From Acidobacteriota bacterium (GTDB taxonomy: Bacteria > Acidobacteriota > Thermoanaerobaculia > Multivoradales > UBA5704): DNA of 64,000 bases. Under the pieces are notes generated by a model. It was not told where the DNA came from, did no database searches, and saw only the letters and a program-made list of their open reading frames with translations. The position numbers were made by a program, and so were the translations under genes. The DNA lies in NCBI GenBank assembly GCA_040005235.1, contig JBDTZG010000010.1, positions 1 to 64,000 on the forward strand. The letters run 5' to 3'. This document shows, one piece after another, positions 36,897 to 47,579 of the stretch (positions within the stretch are counted from its first letter, which is position 1; the number at the start of each line of letters is the position of its first letter).

Positions 36897-37784
36897 ATGG
36901 ACATTCTGATGGCAAATGAACTCAAAGATCACAATGACGGTGAAAGGGACGGAGCCAATGCGTCATTCTTTGACGAAGTAGGATTGAATTGGAATCCGTT
37001 CCTATCTGAGGCCTATAAGAAGGGGTTTCGGAATGGCATGGCGAATAAACCCCGCAGAACGGCCAAGGAGTCATCACCCACGGCTTCGTCGAATGCATCA
37101 AGCGATGATGGACTGTGGCCTATCGCGTTAATCTTATACTTAGCTTTCGGCGTAGTATGGATCATATTTGTGATTATTGGATGGGCTATTAGTCGGCCTT
37201 GGCGATTTGCCGTTGGCGTGCTATTCGTATTATTTTTTGCAATATTACATGACATGGCATCCATACCTCAAGATTACTTTCTGCCATTCTCCAACTACAT
37301 CAACACTTTTCGCATATCTGACAATCCCACTCCGCCAGTTCCATCAACACCCATCCACAAAGAACCGGAACCATCGGATTCACCTTTCGTATCCCTTGGT
37401 CATTTTTCTGGCGACTCATATGAACTAGAGCTTTACCGAGACGATGAATCAGGCGGCCAAGTCATGGGCCTGATCACGGCTTTTCCTCAAGATGTCAGCA
37501 AAATGCCATCGGTAGGAGAGGTATACGATGTAGTAGGAACTGGCAGCGACGGACCACTGAGTTTCCGAACAACCTGGGTGGACTATTTGCCCTCTTTCAG
37601 AGGCAATGTAAACGGGGATCAAATCGAAGGCGACTATGACACGACCTTCGAGACCGAGCCGCGACACGTAATCTTCCGACGCTATACGCCTCAAGACGCC
37701 ACGACCTATGCCAACCGCGAGGAATGGTCTAAGCATGTCGCCGAGCAACTCGCATGTTGTGGACCAGGAACAACCGATCAGTAG
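36897..37784 (+). CDS. Hypothetical membrane protein
   Basis: AT-rich ORF with two TM segments, a Pro linker and a C-terminal beta domain. Start uncertain. Confidence 0.7.
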   Translation: MDILMANELKDHNDGERDGANASFFDEVGLNWNPFLSEAYKKGFRNGMANKPRRTAKESSPTASSNASSDDGLWPIALILYLAFGVVWIIFVIIGWAISRPWRFAVGVLFVLFFAILHDMASIPQDYFLPFSNYINTFRISDNPTPPVPSTPIHKEPEPSDSPFVSLGHFSGDSYELELYRDDESGGQVMGLITAFPQDVSKMPSVGEVYDVVGTGSDGPLSFRTTWVDYLPSFRGNVNGDQIEGDYDTTFETEPRHVIFRRYTPQDATTYANREEWSKHVAEQLACCGPGTTDQ

Positions 37785-37804
37785 AGGCTTCGGGTTCCTG
37801 CCGC

Positions 37805-40800
37805 TCACTCCTCCTTCTGAAGTCTGCTCATGCTGCGCGCCAGGATTTCGGCGACTCGGTTGGAGCGCCCGTCTCCCGGGTGTTGGTAGCGGACTTTCAC
37901 CTTGTACCCGGCAACCACGTCTTCTTGCTCCTCAGCCGGCTGACCTGAAAGCCATGCAAGAAGTTCCTCCGGAGTGAATATATGGACGCGCCCGAGATCC
38001 TCAGCCGAAAGCGCCTCTGCAAGCGCTTCGCGGAGCTTTGAGAGGCGCCCCTTCTTGAGGGAAACCATGGCGACTTTCTGAAAGCCTGCCGCCAGACACT
38101 TCCTGACGTTCCCGACCTCATACTCAAGAGGTGTGGTAATCGAGATCTCGCAGGCGATGCGTGCGTCCCCCCGATACAGCGCGACATCGATGCTCTCTCT
38201 GCCGCCGGCAATCTGCTCCTCCACCACTGCTCGGAAGCCCTGCTCTTGCGCCCACCGCTTGATGAGTTCTTGGAGGTAGGTATGCTCCGGCCCTCCCTTG
38301 CCCGGTCGGCGTGGCTCGAAAGGCGGCTCCTTCTGAAGACCATCCGCTTTCGAATGTTGAAGCGGCGGCGTCCCCGCTTCGCGAGCCGGCGTCACGGGAG
38401 GCGTTTCAGCCCTTGGTGCTGGTGCATCTCCTTTCCGCGGCTCTTCGGGTGAAGGACTCGGCCGCGCTGTAGCTTCCTCTGAGCGCCGGGCGCCCCACCG
38501 CGAGAGCGACCGGACCCGAATCTCCCGGCGTCGTGCGTCCCGTGCTTCAGGGTCCTCTCGCTTGGCATAGACCGTACGAAGGTTGAAGTCCTGCTCCTTC
38601 CGGCCGACCCGGCATACAGCCTCGCCGGTGCCGAGGTTCCCCAGATCGTCCGCCTCGAAGAAGGAGAACCCTTGCGCCAATGTGCGAGCGTCTTCGTCTC
38701 CCAGGCGGAAACAGATCCTGGTATATGCGTTCCCCAACACCGCCCGCTCCACTTCGGGGACGGTGCTATGGAGCTGGTAGAGGTCTTGGTGAGCGACAGT
38801 CAGGCCGAGACGGTATTTGCGGGCGCCGGAGAAAAGCGCCGCCATGGAGGGTGTCGCCAGGTTGTGGAACTCGTCGAGATAGAGGTAGAAGGGCTCGCGG
38901 GCCGATTCCGGTTGGTCCTGCCGCAGGAGGCAAACCTGGTGGAGCTTGGAGACCAGGAGCGAGCCGAGAAGCGCCGCATTCTCTTCGCCGATAGCGCCCT
39001 GTGAGAGCTTGGCGAGAAGAATCCGCCGGTCATCGACGACGCTCCGGAAGTCCAGGGGCTTCTCGACCGCGGTCACCACGCCGCGCAGAAGCCTTCCGCG
39101 CAGGATTGTATCGAGCCGCGTGAGGATCGATGCCTGAGGTTTGCCCGAGAGCATCGGAAACTCGGTCGTCCAGAAGTTCCGCGCGTACTCGTCTCGGACG
39201 GTTGTGAGGAACTCTCGCCTGAAGCTCGCATCCACCAGAAAGCGCCGGAGATCGAGGAGCGTCCCGCCCCGCTCTGACTCCAGGAAGGCGAGGATCGCGT
39301 TCGCCAGAACCGCCGTCATCTGGTCGCCCCAGGAGGTCGCGAGCCGCCGGAAGACCGCGACCAGATCCGAGGCGAGCATGTCTTTCTCGGCTTCGGAATG
39401 AGAGGAGAGCATGTTCCAGCCGACGACAAAGTCCGGCTCGGCAGGATCGAAGACAATCACGTCTTCCGCCCGGTTTTCGGGAATCGCCCCAAGTACCTCA
39501 TCGATGAGGTCACCGTGCGGGTCGATCACACCGACACCATGTCCCGCCGCAATGTCCTGGAGGATCATCGACACCAGAAGCGTTGACTTGCCAGTGCCCG
39601 AAGCGCCCACGACGTGCGTATGCCGCATGCGGGCGTCCGTCGAAAGCCGAGCTTCACGCTCCACTCCCGCGTGGACGTTGTATCCGAGAAAGATCCCACG
39701 AGAAAGCGCCTCGGCAGGAAGCGCCTTGGTGCGGGTGGTATCTCGATTCACACCTTCAATCGAGGGGGATGGCAGGTGTACCAGAGACACCAGCTCCGGG
39801 AGCGAGAGGAGCATGCCCGAGCGATGCGTTGTTCGCAGGATCACGTCGCCGAGCACTTCGTCGCTGCCGCCAATCCCGAATGGCACGAATTCGTTGTCGC
39901 CCCTGGTTGCACCCGAAAGCGCGCCGAGCGCGCCAGAGAGGAGGGTCCACAAACGCTCTTCTCTCTCTGCCCGGGCGACCAGACGGACAGCGACCGCGAA
40001 GAGCGGCGCGGACATCTTCTCTCTGGCGAGCTTGGTGACTTCGGGGGCGTCCGCGAAGAATGGATCGCCCGAAGGGGTGACCACCGAGCGAACCACGCTC
40101 TCCGCCCACGGCGCCCTCACCCCCTGAAAAAGGACTTGGAGAATTGCAACCTCGCCGGAAACGGTCTCCGCAAGCGCGCCAATGACCGCAGTCAAGGGGT
40201 CGAGCGAGAAGTTTCGGGGACGGTCAAGCGGCAGCATGAACTCGCGCGAGAGGCCAAGCTCGACGGCGGAGAAGACACCCTCGGCTCCCGCTTCCCATGC
40301 GTTCAAGAGGAGATCCGGTCCCTTCTCCAAAGCGATCTCCGGGAAGAAAGCTCGAAGTTGGGAGGACAGGATCGTGATCGCGTCACGTCGGGCGGTGAGG
40401 AGAACCGACACCCGCCCGCCCGAGCCGACCAGCTCCATCGACAGAGGCGAATGGACAGCAGCCAGACTCTTGAGCAAGCCTTCGGAGGCCGGTGCGGTGA
40501 CGGAGAGATCCTTTGGCAGGAGTAACCGTAGCTCGACAGGTTCTCCGTCCTCGTCGCCGCTCTCCGGCTCCGGCTCTTCGAGTTCGGGCGGAGGCGCCGG
40601 CTCCTCCCGTTTCTGAGAGAACCGTGCGAAGAAAGATGAGAGCCAGGTGTGATGCCTGCCGTCATCGACGGCAGGCGCGGTGTGACTCAGAAACCGGAAA
40701 GGAGTGAAGGGAGGCTCAAGAGAGACGGGGAACGGGTAGCTGTTTCGCCCGCGGCCCCGCCGCTCCCACCGGTAGAAGTGGCGGGTGCGCTCTTCAATGC

Positions 40801-40807
40801 TCGCCAT
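37805..40807 (-). CDS. VirD4/TraD-like (HerA/FtsK superfamily) ATPase with C-terminal PD-(D/E)XK-like domain
   Basis: HTHVVGASGTGKS, IDPHGDL, YLDEFH and RKYRLGLTVAHQ motifs. The tail has H..LQ..IK...E....IDV....IACEIS. Confidence 0.88.
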   Translation of the reverse strand: MASIEERTRHFYRWERRGRGRNSYPFPVSLEPPFTPFRFLSHTAPAVDDGRHHTWLSSFFARFSQKREEPAPPPELEEPEPESGDEDGEPVELRLLLPKDLSVTAPASEGLLKSLAAVHSPLSMELVGSGGRVSVLLTARRDAITILSSQLRAFFPEIALEKGPDLLLNAWEAGAEGVFSAVELGLSREFMLPLDRPRNFSLDPLTAVIGALAETVSGEVAILQVLFQGVRAPWAESVVRSVVTPSGDPFFADAPEVTKLAREKMSAPLFAVAVRLVARAEREERLWTLLSGALGALSGATRGDNEFVPFGIGGSDEVLGDVILRTTHRSGMLLSLPELVSLVHLPSPSIEGVNRDTTRTKALPAEALSRGIFLGYNVHAGVEREARLSTDARMRHTHVVGASGTGKSTLLVSMILQDIAAGHGVGVIDPHGDLIDEVLGAIPENRAEDVIVFDPAEPDFVVGWNMLSSHSEAEKDMLASDLVAVFRRLATSWGDQMTAVLANAILAFLESERGGTLLDLRRFLVDASFRREFLTTVRDEYARNFWTTEFPMLSGKPQASILTRLDTILRGRLLRGVVTAVEKPLDFRSVVDDRRILLAKLSQGAIGEENAALLGSLLVSKLHQVCLLRQDQPESAREPFYLYLDEFHNLATPSMAALFSGARKYRLGLTVAHQDLYQLHSTVPEVERAVLGNAYTRICFRLGDEDARTLAQGFSFFEADDLGNLGTGEAVCRVGRKEQDFNLRTVYAKREDPEARDARRREIRVRSLSRWGARRSEEATARPSPSPEEPRKGDAPAPRAETPPVTPAREAGTPPLQHSKADGLQKEPPFEPRRPGKGGPEHTYLQELIKRWAQEQGFRAVVEEQIAGGRESIDVALYRGDARIACEISITTPLEYEVGNVRKCLAAGFQKVAMVSLKKGRLSKLREALAEALSAEDLGRVHIFTPEELLAWLSGQPAEEQEDVVAGYKVKVRYQHPGDGRSNRVAEILARSMSRLQKEE

Positions 40808-40815
40808 GCCTCACG

Positions 40816-41511
40816 CTACGCCGTGGCTGCCGCCTCGTCGGCGTCGGGCCGCAGCTCCTCGTCGCCGAGGCGCCTGAGTCCCTTCTCCTCCCGCAGATCG
40901 TTGATGACCTCGTTGACGGCCGAGCGCACGGAGTCTCGAAACATCATGGCGGTGTCGAGTCGGTAATACGTGAGGGGGTTGAAGAAGAACACGTACAAGC
41001 GGCCGATGATCGGGAGCATCATTACCCCCTCTTCGTCACCGATCAATCCCTCCTGCATCAGGTACCCCATCGAGAGGAGGACCATGGCGTACAGGATGTA
41101 TGGGATCACCAGAGCCACCAATACACCGCCGAGACCATCTGGCCTCATCAGCGAGGTCATGATGAGGAGAATCCCGGTGACGCATGCCGCCACGAAGAAG
41201 ATCCCGAGTGAAACCAGAATCCCAAACCTCGGAGGTACGCGGGCAAGCCACCAGGAGAAGAAGTGCCCGCCGCCATACGGCGCCGAGCAAATGTCGAAGG
41301 CAATCCGCTTCCGTCGGACCCGGAGGTACTCGCGTTCCGCCGTTCCGACACCACCCTCCTTGAATCGCTCGCGGGACATCGAGATTTCCGGAAGATTTCG
41401 TTCTCGGACCGCCTGCTCGACAGCTGCGTAAAAATCCTGGGTTGAGGTCGAGAAGCCCTCGAAGAGCATGTGCCAGTTGGACAGCACCAGTCCGTTAGGA
41501 TTGCTTGGCAT
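40816..41511 (-). CDS. Membrane protein cotranscribed with the VirD4-like gene
   Basis: GGAGG RBS, two TM helices, ends 8 nt before the ATPase start. Confidence 0.8.
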   Translation of the reverse strand: MPSNPNGLVLSNWHMLFEGFSTSTQDFYAAVEQAVRERNLPEISMSRERFKEGGVGTAEREYLRVRRKRIAFDICSAPYGGGHFFSWWLARVPPRFGILVSLGIFFVAACVTGILLIMTSLMRPDGLGGVLVALVIPYILYAMVLLSMGYLMQEGLIGDEEGVMMLPIIGRLYVFFFNPLTYYRLDTAMMFRDSVRSAVNEVINDLREEKGLRRLGDEELRPDADEAAATA

Positions 41512-41544
41512 TGCAGCCCTCCTCCGCTCTGAAGTGATATTCAG

Positions 41545-44500
41545 TTAAGGCGTTCTACAAAGGGATATTGGACGACTCGTGCCCCGCTCTAGATACTCAC
41601 CGTCGAGGCACATCTGTAGCCCAGATTGCACAAGCGAGAGTCGAAGCTCCGCATCGTTGTCGAGCGGGCGAATTGCGCGAAACTCCGTTTCAGTAGCGTA
41701 AATCACTATCAGATCTTGTGTCGGTGGATTTGCCCCCGCTATTAAGATGCGCGCAGAAACCTCGCCGTTGTTTTCCTCAATATAGAGAACCGAAGGGTAC
41801 GTCGCGATCGTACCCTCCCACGTACCAACCAAGGGGTGTGCTGCCTCCGAAAAATAGCCGTTAGCGTCGAGAATCAGATGAACGGAACCGCCAGAGAGAG
41901 TAGCGAGTGATGCCAGCTCTCCGTTCGACGACAACCCAAGAACGGCGTTGTTTGTACGTGTTTGGCTGGATCGGAAGTTGATCGTGGTGGTCGTCGGTAC
42001 AGCTTCGTCTGCCGGGAACAGAGTTATGAACCCGCCAGACGAGCCCGCTACGGCTGAAGCGTTGATCGACACAGCTTTGGCCGCTACAGGAATACCGCAC
42101 ATTCCACCCGCGGAAAATATCTTCGTTACGCCAGAGAAAAGCGGCGCTGGCCCCTGGCGGGTGTCCGCGAATCTGCAGGGTGTCACTGAATAGAAATCGA
42201 GCGCTTTTGGCTCGTAGATCGCGACATCGTCAATGTACCACCCGTCACCTGTTCCAGCCGCATTGGTTACGAGTTCAAACGCGATCACTACCAGTGTCTT
42301 GCCAGCGAGAGCGCTCAGATCAATGGTCACCTTTGTCCATCCAGTACTCGTACCGGAGAATGTCCGTACTACTTGCTGACTGAAACTACCATCGTCTGCA
42401 CGCACCCAAACCCTCCCAACGTCGCCGCTATCAGCGAACTGGTAGCGGTGCCAAAACGAAAGTTGCACCGCATGCCGATTCCTGAGGTCCAATCCCCCAA
42501 TCGCAATGAACGCTTCGGTATTGTTGGCATAGTTTCCTAATGGGCTGTCGGTCCATGAATGGGTTGGGCTATGTGCGCTTGATTGCGTCAGCGCCCAAGT
42601 GCTTTGGTAATTCCACCTAGGCCCGCTCTCCATGTCATCTTCGAAGATCATCGGACGCATGCCGTCCTCGCTGATAATCGTCACGACCGCCGATCCAGGA
42701 GAACCCACCGTATAGGCCAAGCTAGGCTGAAGCGAGAGCACGACCGTCTCGTCGTCCTCAACGTAGAAATCGTCAGCAGGAAACACGGGAATCGTGAAAG
42801 CAGAGACACCAGCGGGGATCGTTACGGTGCCCTGGCCCAAGCTATGGTCAACTCCCATGATCGCCGTACCGAGAATCGTGTATGTGACAGAGAGTGCCGA
42901 CGCAGTGCTTCCTGTTCTTTGAATTAAAAACGTACCCGACGTCATGGGGTTCTCCGTCGCTGTGACGTCTGTTGCAGTCACGCTAACGACAGGAAGGGCG
43001 CCTGGGCCACATGCCAAAGTGGCGAAGGAACGATCCCCACCTTCTGTGGTCTCAAAGGAATTGAAAGCTACTGCCCTGAAGTGGTAGGTCGTACCACAGG
43101 CCAAACCTTCGAGAGTCACCGAGGTAGAAACATTCGCCGATCCGGATCCCGCGTTGAGGTCAAGCGTTGTCTGCCCATACGAGGACGTAGTTCCCCATTT
43201 GAAGTAGTAGCGGGTACTGACGCCGTTCGGGTTGATGGTCGCGTTCAAGACCACAAGGCTTCCACTAAAAACCCCGGCCTCGTCCGTGGTAACAAAAGGC
43301 GGGCCCACACCACCACACGCCAAGGTAGTGAAGGTGCGATCAACGCCATCAGTAGTGCCAAAGGCGTTAATAGCAAAGGCTCTGAAGTGGTAGGTGGTTC
43401 CACACACTAACCCCTCCAGTGTCAGCGCGATAGATATCACCGAACTTCCAGAGCCTGCGCTAAAATCGACTGTTGTGTGATCGTATGATGTCGTTGTGCC
43501 CCATTTGAAGTAGTAACGGGTCTCTGAGCCTCTAGGATTTACTAGTGCGTTTAGGACTGCACTATTGCCGGTAATCGCTCCAGCTTCCTGCGTAGTCACG
43601 CTCGGCGCACTAGAGCCTCCACCGCCCGAGCAGGCAGTGGTTCTAAAATCTCGCAAGCTTCCGGCAGGCGCTTGCCCGACTGAGTTACTAGCGTGTGCCC
43701 GAAAGTAGTACCTCGTGCCGCACTCCAAGTTGTACACGCTTATGCTAACGGTCCGATCTTGAGTCCCGCCACCGATTGCAATGTGCTCTGTCTCATCATT
43801 CGGAGTCGAATCGTCGGCTTCCAGATCAAACCAAACTTCAGTGTTGGCCCCACCTGGGTTAGCAGTCATGTTGAGACGGGCGCTTGACTGATTGATTTGA
43901 TCTGCAACAAGCGTCGTTACCTGCGGTGCTGTGCTGGAGGGCAGTGAAATATCCAGCCGAACATCGTCTACACGGAAAATGGTCGGTTGGCTATCGTTGT
44001 TAGTCGTTCCGAGGAAGTGAAGTCGAATCGTCTGGCCGACGAAGTTGATCAGATTGAACTCACGCCTTACGTATCCGCTCGATGCGTCCTGGTTCGAATA
44101 CAACCGCAAGCTCGACAGAAAGCTGCCGCTGGATTTTTGGAGAGTTGCGTTCAGGAAATCTTGCGCAGCTCCCCCTGTAGGCTCGCTGGTCGAAATGCTT
44201 GTCCAGAATGATAGCGTTGCAGCCGTGGCATTCGCGGGAATCGCGACCTGCTGGTAGAGTGTGCCGTTGAGGTTGTTTCCAGGAGAGCCGCTGGCAGTTG
44301 AAAGGTATGCGTACCCCGGACCATCGTGGAAATTCGGGAAATCATCGGTCGCGTGAAAATCTCCTGAGTGCGTCCAGAAGTCAGAATCATCCGCAAAGGT
44401 TCCGTTGCGGATAAGGTTCTGTGTACCGCTTCCGCCGCCGCCGCAGGTGGCTGTGGTGAACGAGAGAATCTGACCGGGAGTGGCACCGCCAACCCCATTC

Positions 44501-45735
44501 TGTGCCCTGGCTCGGAAGAAGTAGGTCTTTCCGCAAGTTAACCCGCCTTGAGTGATGCTCGTTGAGATTGGACTGGTTCCTGATCCGACAGACTTCTGCG
44601 GAGTGGTGCAGCAGAAGCTCGTATCGGTGTCGTAGTCAAACCAAATCGTTGTGGCGCTCCCGTTAGGATCGACCGTGAGATTTAGAGAAGCGCTGCCCTG
44701 GCTTAGTCCTGTGGCAGCGCCGGTAGTAACAGTTGGTGCCGCAGGTGGCTCACAGCTTCCATCGGCCAGAGGAATACACTGCCCTCCAACAGGGACAAGA
44801 TAGTTGTCCTCTGACAAGCCGCGAATGCTCCCCCAGTTAACGTCCCACATTTTCCAGCAATAGCTGCTGTGCGTTAGTGTCGTACTACTAACGACTACAG
44901 TTCCAAGAGATCCTGCAGGAACCTGGCCGATTACCGCCCCGGAAGTCGTACTACGGACATTGATTGACTGACTCGCTCTTACTGGAGTGCCAACTGCAAT
45001 GTAGCCGAATTTCCTGCGATATGCTTCAACGAGCGACATATAGGGCGACACGGGCCGTTCAATTCCATCGAGCCCCAAAATGGCAATCTCGAAATGTAAA
45101 TGGTATGTAGTCGTCGGTGCTCCCAATCGATCAACGTTGGAAACTAAGCCTAAGGTAGTGCCGGGCGAAACTATCGCCTGAGCGCTTACCTGCGTTGATT
45201 TCATGTGCAGATACGAATAGATCAAGCCGTCGGAGCCTTGCACCACCACATATTGGCTCTCTGGATTACCGGCTGGCACATGGATGACTCGACCACCTGA
45301 TGCCGATACCACCCAATGAAGCTCATCGTGGCAAGTTTCTGGTCGAATATCTTGACCGGCGTGATCGTCTCCTGGGTCTTCTCCACATGCCGAAACATTT
45401 TGGCCGCCCGATCGTTTTTCACAGAAGTTGTCATGCCAAGGGTAGGAGTAGTTTGAGGGGCAACACTGCAAAAGCGATATCGGCGACGAGCACGGAAAGC
45501 CCGGCTGATCACCGCCGGGGTTATAATTCTGCGAGTTGGCGAACCCAAAACCTTGTAGGGGAAAGATAATTCCGGGAGCCTGAACAGCGCAGTCCCGTTT
45601 TCCGAAACCACTGCTGTCAGGATACAGCTGCCCTGGAGGGGAATAAGTAAAGTCAGCGCCCCAACTTAGCGACGTTCCAAAACTCAGTGTGAAGAGCAAG
45701 AAATATCTGCATAACCTAGCGATACTGTTTAGCAC
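41545..45735 (-). CDS. Large secreted modular M23-family peptidase
   Basis: Signal peptide. HAGQD, YLHM and HLHF M23 motifs. Four FN3-like repeats (PxVTT...L.CG..Y.FRA.A.N), a Calx-beta-like domain (D...EDDETV), two jelly-roll-like domains and a TPCR..DTR C-terminal domain. Confidence 0.85.
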   Translation of the reverse strand: MLNSIARLCRYFLLFTLSFGTSLSWGADFTYSPPGQLYPDSSGFGKRDCAVQAPGIIFPLQGFGFANSQNYNPGGDQPGFPCSSPISLLQCCPSNYSYPWHDNFCEKRSGGQNVSACGEDPGDDHAGQDIRPETCHDELHWVVSASGGRVIHVPAGNPESQYVVVQGSDGLIYSYLHMKSTQVSAQAIVSPGTTLGLVSNVDRLGAPTTTYHLHFEIAILGLDGIERPVSPYMSLVEAYRRKFGYIAVGTPVRASQSINVRSTTSGAVIGQVPAGSLGTVVVSSTTLTHSSYCWKMWDVNWGSIRGLSEDNYLVPVGGQCIPLADGSCEPPAAPTVTTGAATGLSQGSASLNLTVDPNGSATTIWFDYDTDTSFCCTTPQKSVGSGTSPISTSITQGGLTCGKTYFFRARAQNGVGGATPGQILSFTTATCGGGGSGTQNLIRNGTFADDSDFWTHSGDFHATDDFPNFHDGPGYAYLSTASGSPGNNLNGTLYQQVAIPANATAATLSFWTSISTSEPTGGAAQDFLNATLQKSSGSFLSSLRLYSNQDASSGYVRREFNLINFVGQTIRLHFLGTTNNDSQPTIFRVDDVRLDISLPSSTAPQVTTLVADQINQSSARLNMTANPGGANTEVWFDLEADDSTPNDETEHIAIGGGTQDRTVSISVYNLECGTRYYFRAHASNSVGQAPAGSLRDFRTTACSGGGGSSAPSVTTQEAGAITGNSAVLNALVNPRGSETRYYFKWGTTTSYDHTTVDFSAGSGSSVISIALTLEGLVCGTTYHFRAFAINAFGTTDGVDRTFTTLACGGVGPPFVTTDEAGVFSGSLVVLNATINPNGVSTRYYFKWGTTSSYGQTTLDLNAGSGSANVSTSVTLEGLACGTTYHFRAVAFNSFETTEGGDRSFATLACGPGALPVVSVTATDVTATENPMTSGTFLIQRTGSTASALSVTYTILGTAIMGVDHSLGQGTVTIPAGVSAFTIPVFPADDFYVEDDETVVLSLQPSLAYTVGSPGSAVVTIISEDGMRPMIFEDDMESGPRWNYQSTWALTQSSAHSPTHSWTDSPLGNYANNTEAFIAIGGLDLRNRHAVQLSFWHRYQFADSGDVGRVWVRADDGSFSQQVVRTFSGTSTGWTKVTIDLSALAGKTLVVIAFELVTNAAGTGDGWYIDDVAIYEPKALDFYSVTPCRFADTRQGPAPLFSGVTKIFSAGGMCGIPVAAKAVSINASAVAGSSGGFITLFPADEAVPTTTTINFRSSQTRTNNAVLGLSSNGELASLATLSGGSVHLILDANGYFSEAAHPLVGTWEGTIATYPSVLYIEENNGEVSARILIAGANPPTQDLIVIYATETEFRAIRPLDNDAELRLSLVQSGLQMCLDGEYLERGTSRPISLCRTP

Positions 45736-46285
45736 GATTCCCTCCTACATAGGTGAGCGAGCTAGCAAAAGTGCGAAGGTAATCATCGTCTGCGCAGAGG
45801 GTTGATATTCTTGAGTCGCAAGAAAGAAGTACTAAGTTAGCCGTGTCGTATTGACGCCATGAAAGCCACCAGATACCCGCTTCGTCTCTTCTGATGTCTG
45901 CTGGAACTCCACGAATTGTATCTGTAGGTGGAGATGCCGAGGTCACAGTGGAAGATCGAGCATGACGGAAGTCCTGTCCCGTTATAGTTAGACTGATTCC
46001 CTTACTCCTAGGCAAAACAACAGCGGAGTACGATGAATCGTCCACCACGACTGAGATACCGTCTAAAAGCTCTGGGTCCGAAGGAAGTAGTACCGGCACC
46101 GGCGATGAATCTATTGTTGCTATCAGAGCTGGGGGTAGCTGTTGTCGAAGTGAGTCGTTTCGATCAGGGAGGGAAGATATTTGATTTTTACTATCCTGCT
46201 GCGCCAGAAGAGCCGTGCCTGCGAATAAGACAATCGCGGCAAAAACAGGCCAGCGTCCAAGCTTTGAATATCGCCAATGTTCCAT
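45716..46285 (-). CDS. Secreted hypothetical protein overlapping the M23 gene start
   Basis: Signal peptide, SPVPVLLP motif, two C-terminal Cys. Start uncertain. Confidence 0.7.
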   Translation of the reverse strand: MEHWRYSKLGRWPVFAAIVLFAGTALLAQQDSKNQISSLPDRNDSLRQQLPPALIATIDSSPVPVLLPSDPELLDGISVVVDDSSYSAVVLPRSKGISLTITGQDFRHARSSTVTSASPPTDTIRGVPADIRRDEAGIWWLSWRQYDTANLVLLSCDSRISTLCADDDYLRTFASSLTYVGGNRAKQYR

Positions 46286-46571
46286 ATGCACAATATTATC
46301 TCCTATGCGAACGTGGTGCAAATTACGAAGATGCTCCTGAGGATCTCTCGTCTGGAGCTATACGCTCGCGAGAGATTAGGCCCAGAGCTGCGCGACACAT
46401 TCCGTATACGTGTAAGCGCTGAAGGCGCATTGATCGGCACAGCGCCTATTCCTCAATAGCCGGCCGCAGACACCTCCCCACACTTCCTCCCCCTCGAACA
46501 CCTCTTCCTACAACCTACAAGCGCAGGCCGCGGGAAACTAGCTTCACGGGTCGCGAGGAAGGCTTGGAGGG

Positions 46572-46790
46572 TTAATCGTAGAAGAACAGGAGGGGCTTGC
46601 CGTAGAGGTCGGCAAGTTCTTGCAGCTCAATGGGATCTATACGCCGCTCTCCGGTCTCGATCCTGGAGATGTACTTCTGAATCGCACCCAATGCCGCGCC
46701 TGACTCCTCCTGGCTGAGTCCAGCGGCCAAGCGAGCCTCTCTGAGCCGCAGCAGGAGCTTGCGGTAGCGCTCTGGGTGTCGTGCTGCCAT
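46572..46790 (-). CDS. XRE-family HTH regulator
   Basis: LREARLAAGLSQEE...YISRIETGERRID. Confidence 0.9.
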   Translation of the reverse strand: MAARHPERYRKLLLRLREARLAAGLSQEESGAALGAIQKYISRIETGERRIDPIELQELADLYGKPLLFFYD

Positions 46791-46821
46791 GGGAGCATGG
46801 GTTTATCCCCCCTTGCTCGCC

Positions 46822-46853
46822 TAGACCAACTTCGTCTAGACTATCATCGTCTA
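46822..46853. promoter_or_regulatory. Tandem palindromic operator (2 x TAGAC-N7-GTCTA, 15-bp period)
   Basis: TAGACcaacttcGTCTA (46822-46838) and TAGACtatcatcGTCTA (46837-46853) between divergent genes. Confidence 0.7.
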
Positions 46854-46927
46854 ACAGGGCGTACTCCCCCAAGGGCACCTCTTCCAGGGTCTTTGGTCGG
46901 CAACCACCGAAAAGGAGGAATCCCTGT

Positions 46928-47392
46928 ATGAATCGCAGAGCTCGTTCCGCCGCCGCAGTCTTCATCCTCTCCCTCATATCCTTCGCCTGTGGCGGAGGTG
47001 GTGGGGGTGGAGGCCCCACCGATCCGCCCGCGCCAAGCGGCAAACGGTTCCAATTCACCGTTGTCGCCGCACCCGGCAACTTCGAGGGTGGCATTCTTGA
47101 AGGAGCCATCTTCTTCGACGATCGGGAGGTCGGCCGTACCGATTGGAGTAGGGCCGGAGGCCCATGTGAGTTCCCTTGTGAAGTTCTCGGAGACGTGCAG
47201 GGAATCCCGCCGGGCAGCCACGTCGTGCGCTTTACCGTGGTTCGCCAGGAACGTGCCCTCATGTTCTACCAAATCATCCTGAGCGGTTTCGTCATTGATC
47301 CCGTAAGCGGGAGCCGCACACAGATCAACCGGGTCTCAGACAGGGTTCGGCTGCGCGCAGGGGAGAGCGTCAACTTCACCGTGACGATCTAG
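46928..47392 (+). CDS. Lipoprotein of unknown function
   Basis: AGGAGG RBS, lipobox ISFAC followed by a poly-Gly linker. Confidence 0.8.
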   Translation: MNRRARSAAAVFILSLISFACGGGGGGGGPTDPPAPSGKRFQFTVVAAPGNFEGGILEGAIFFDDREVGRTDWSRAGGPCEFPCEVLGDVQGIPPGSHVVRFTVVRQERALMFYQIILSGFVIDPVSGSRTQINRVSDRVRLRAGESVNFTVTI

Positions 47393-47579
47393 CCGATCGA
47401 GCTGATTGGGCTTCGAGGAGGTGGGCGAGCCCCTTTATTTAGGGTCTCTCGTTCACCTCATTCATTGCTGCCGGCCCTACTAGCGCTATCATCTAAGATG
47501 TCGAAAGCGGCACGATGGTAGGCCATCTCGTGACGCTGGTTTCTCCTTTTTTGCGCTTGTACCCATATGGTCCTCCGAG

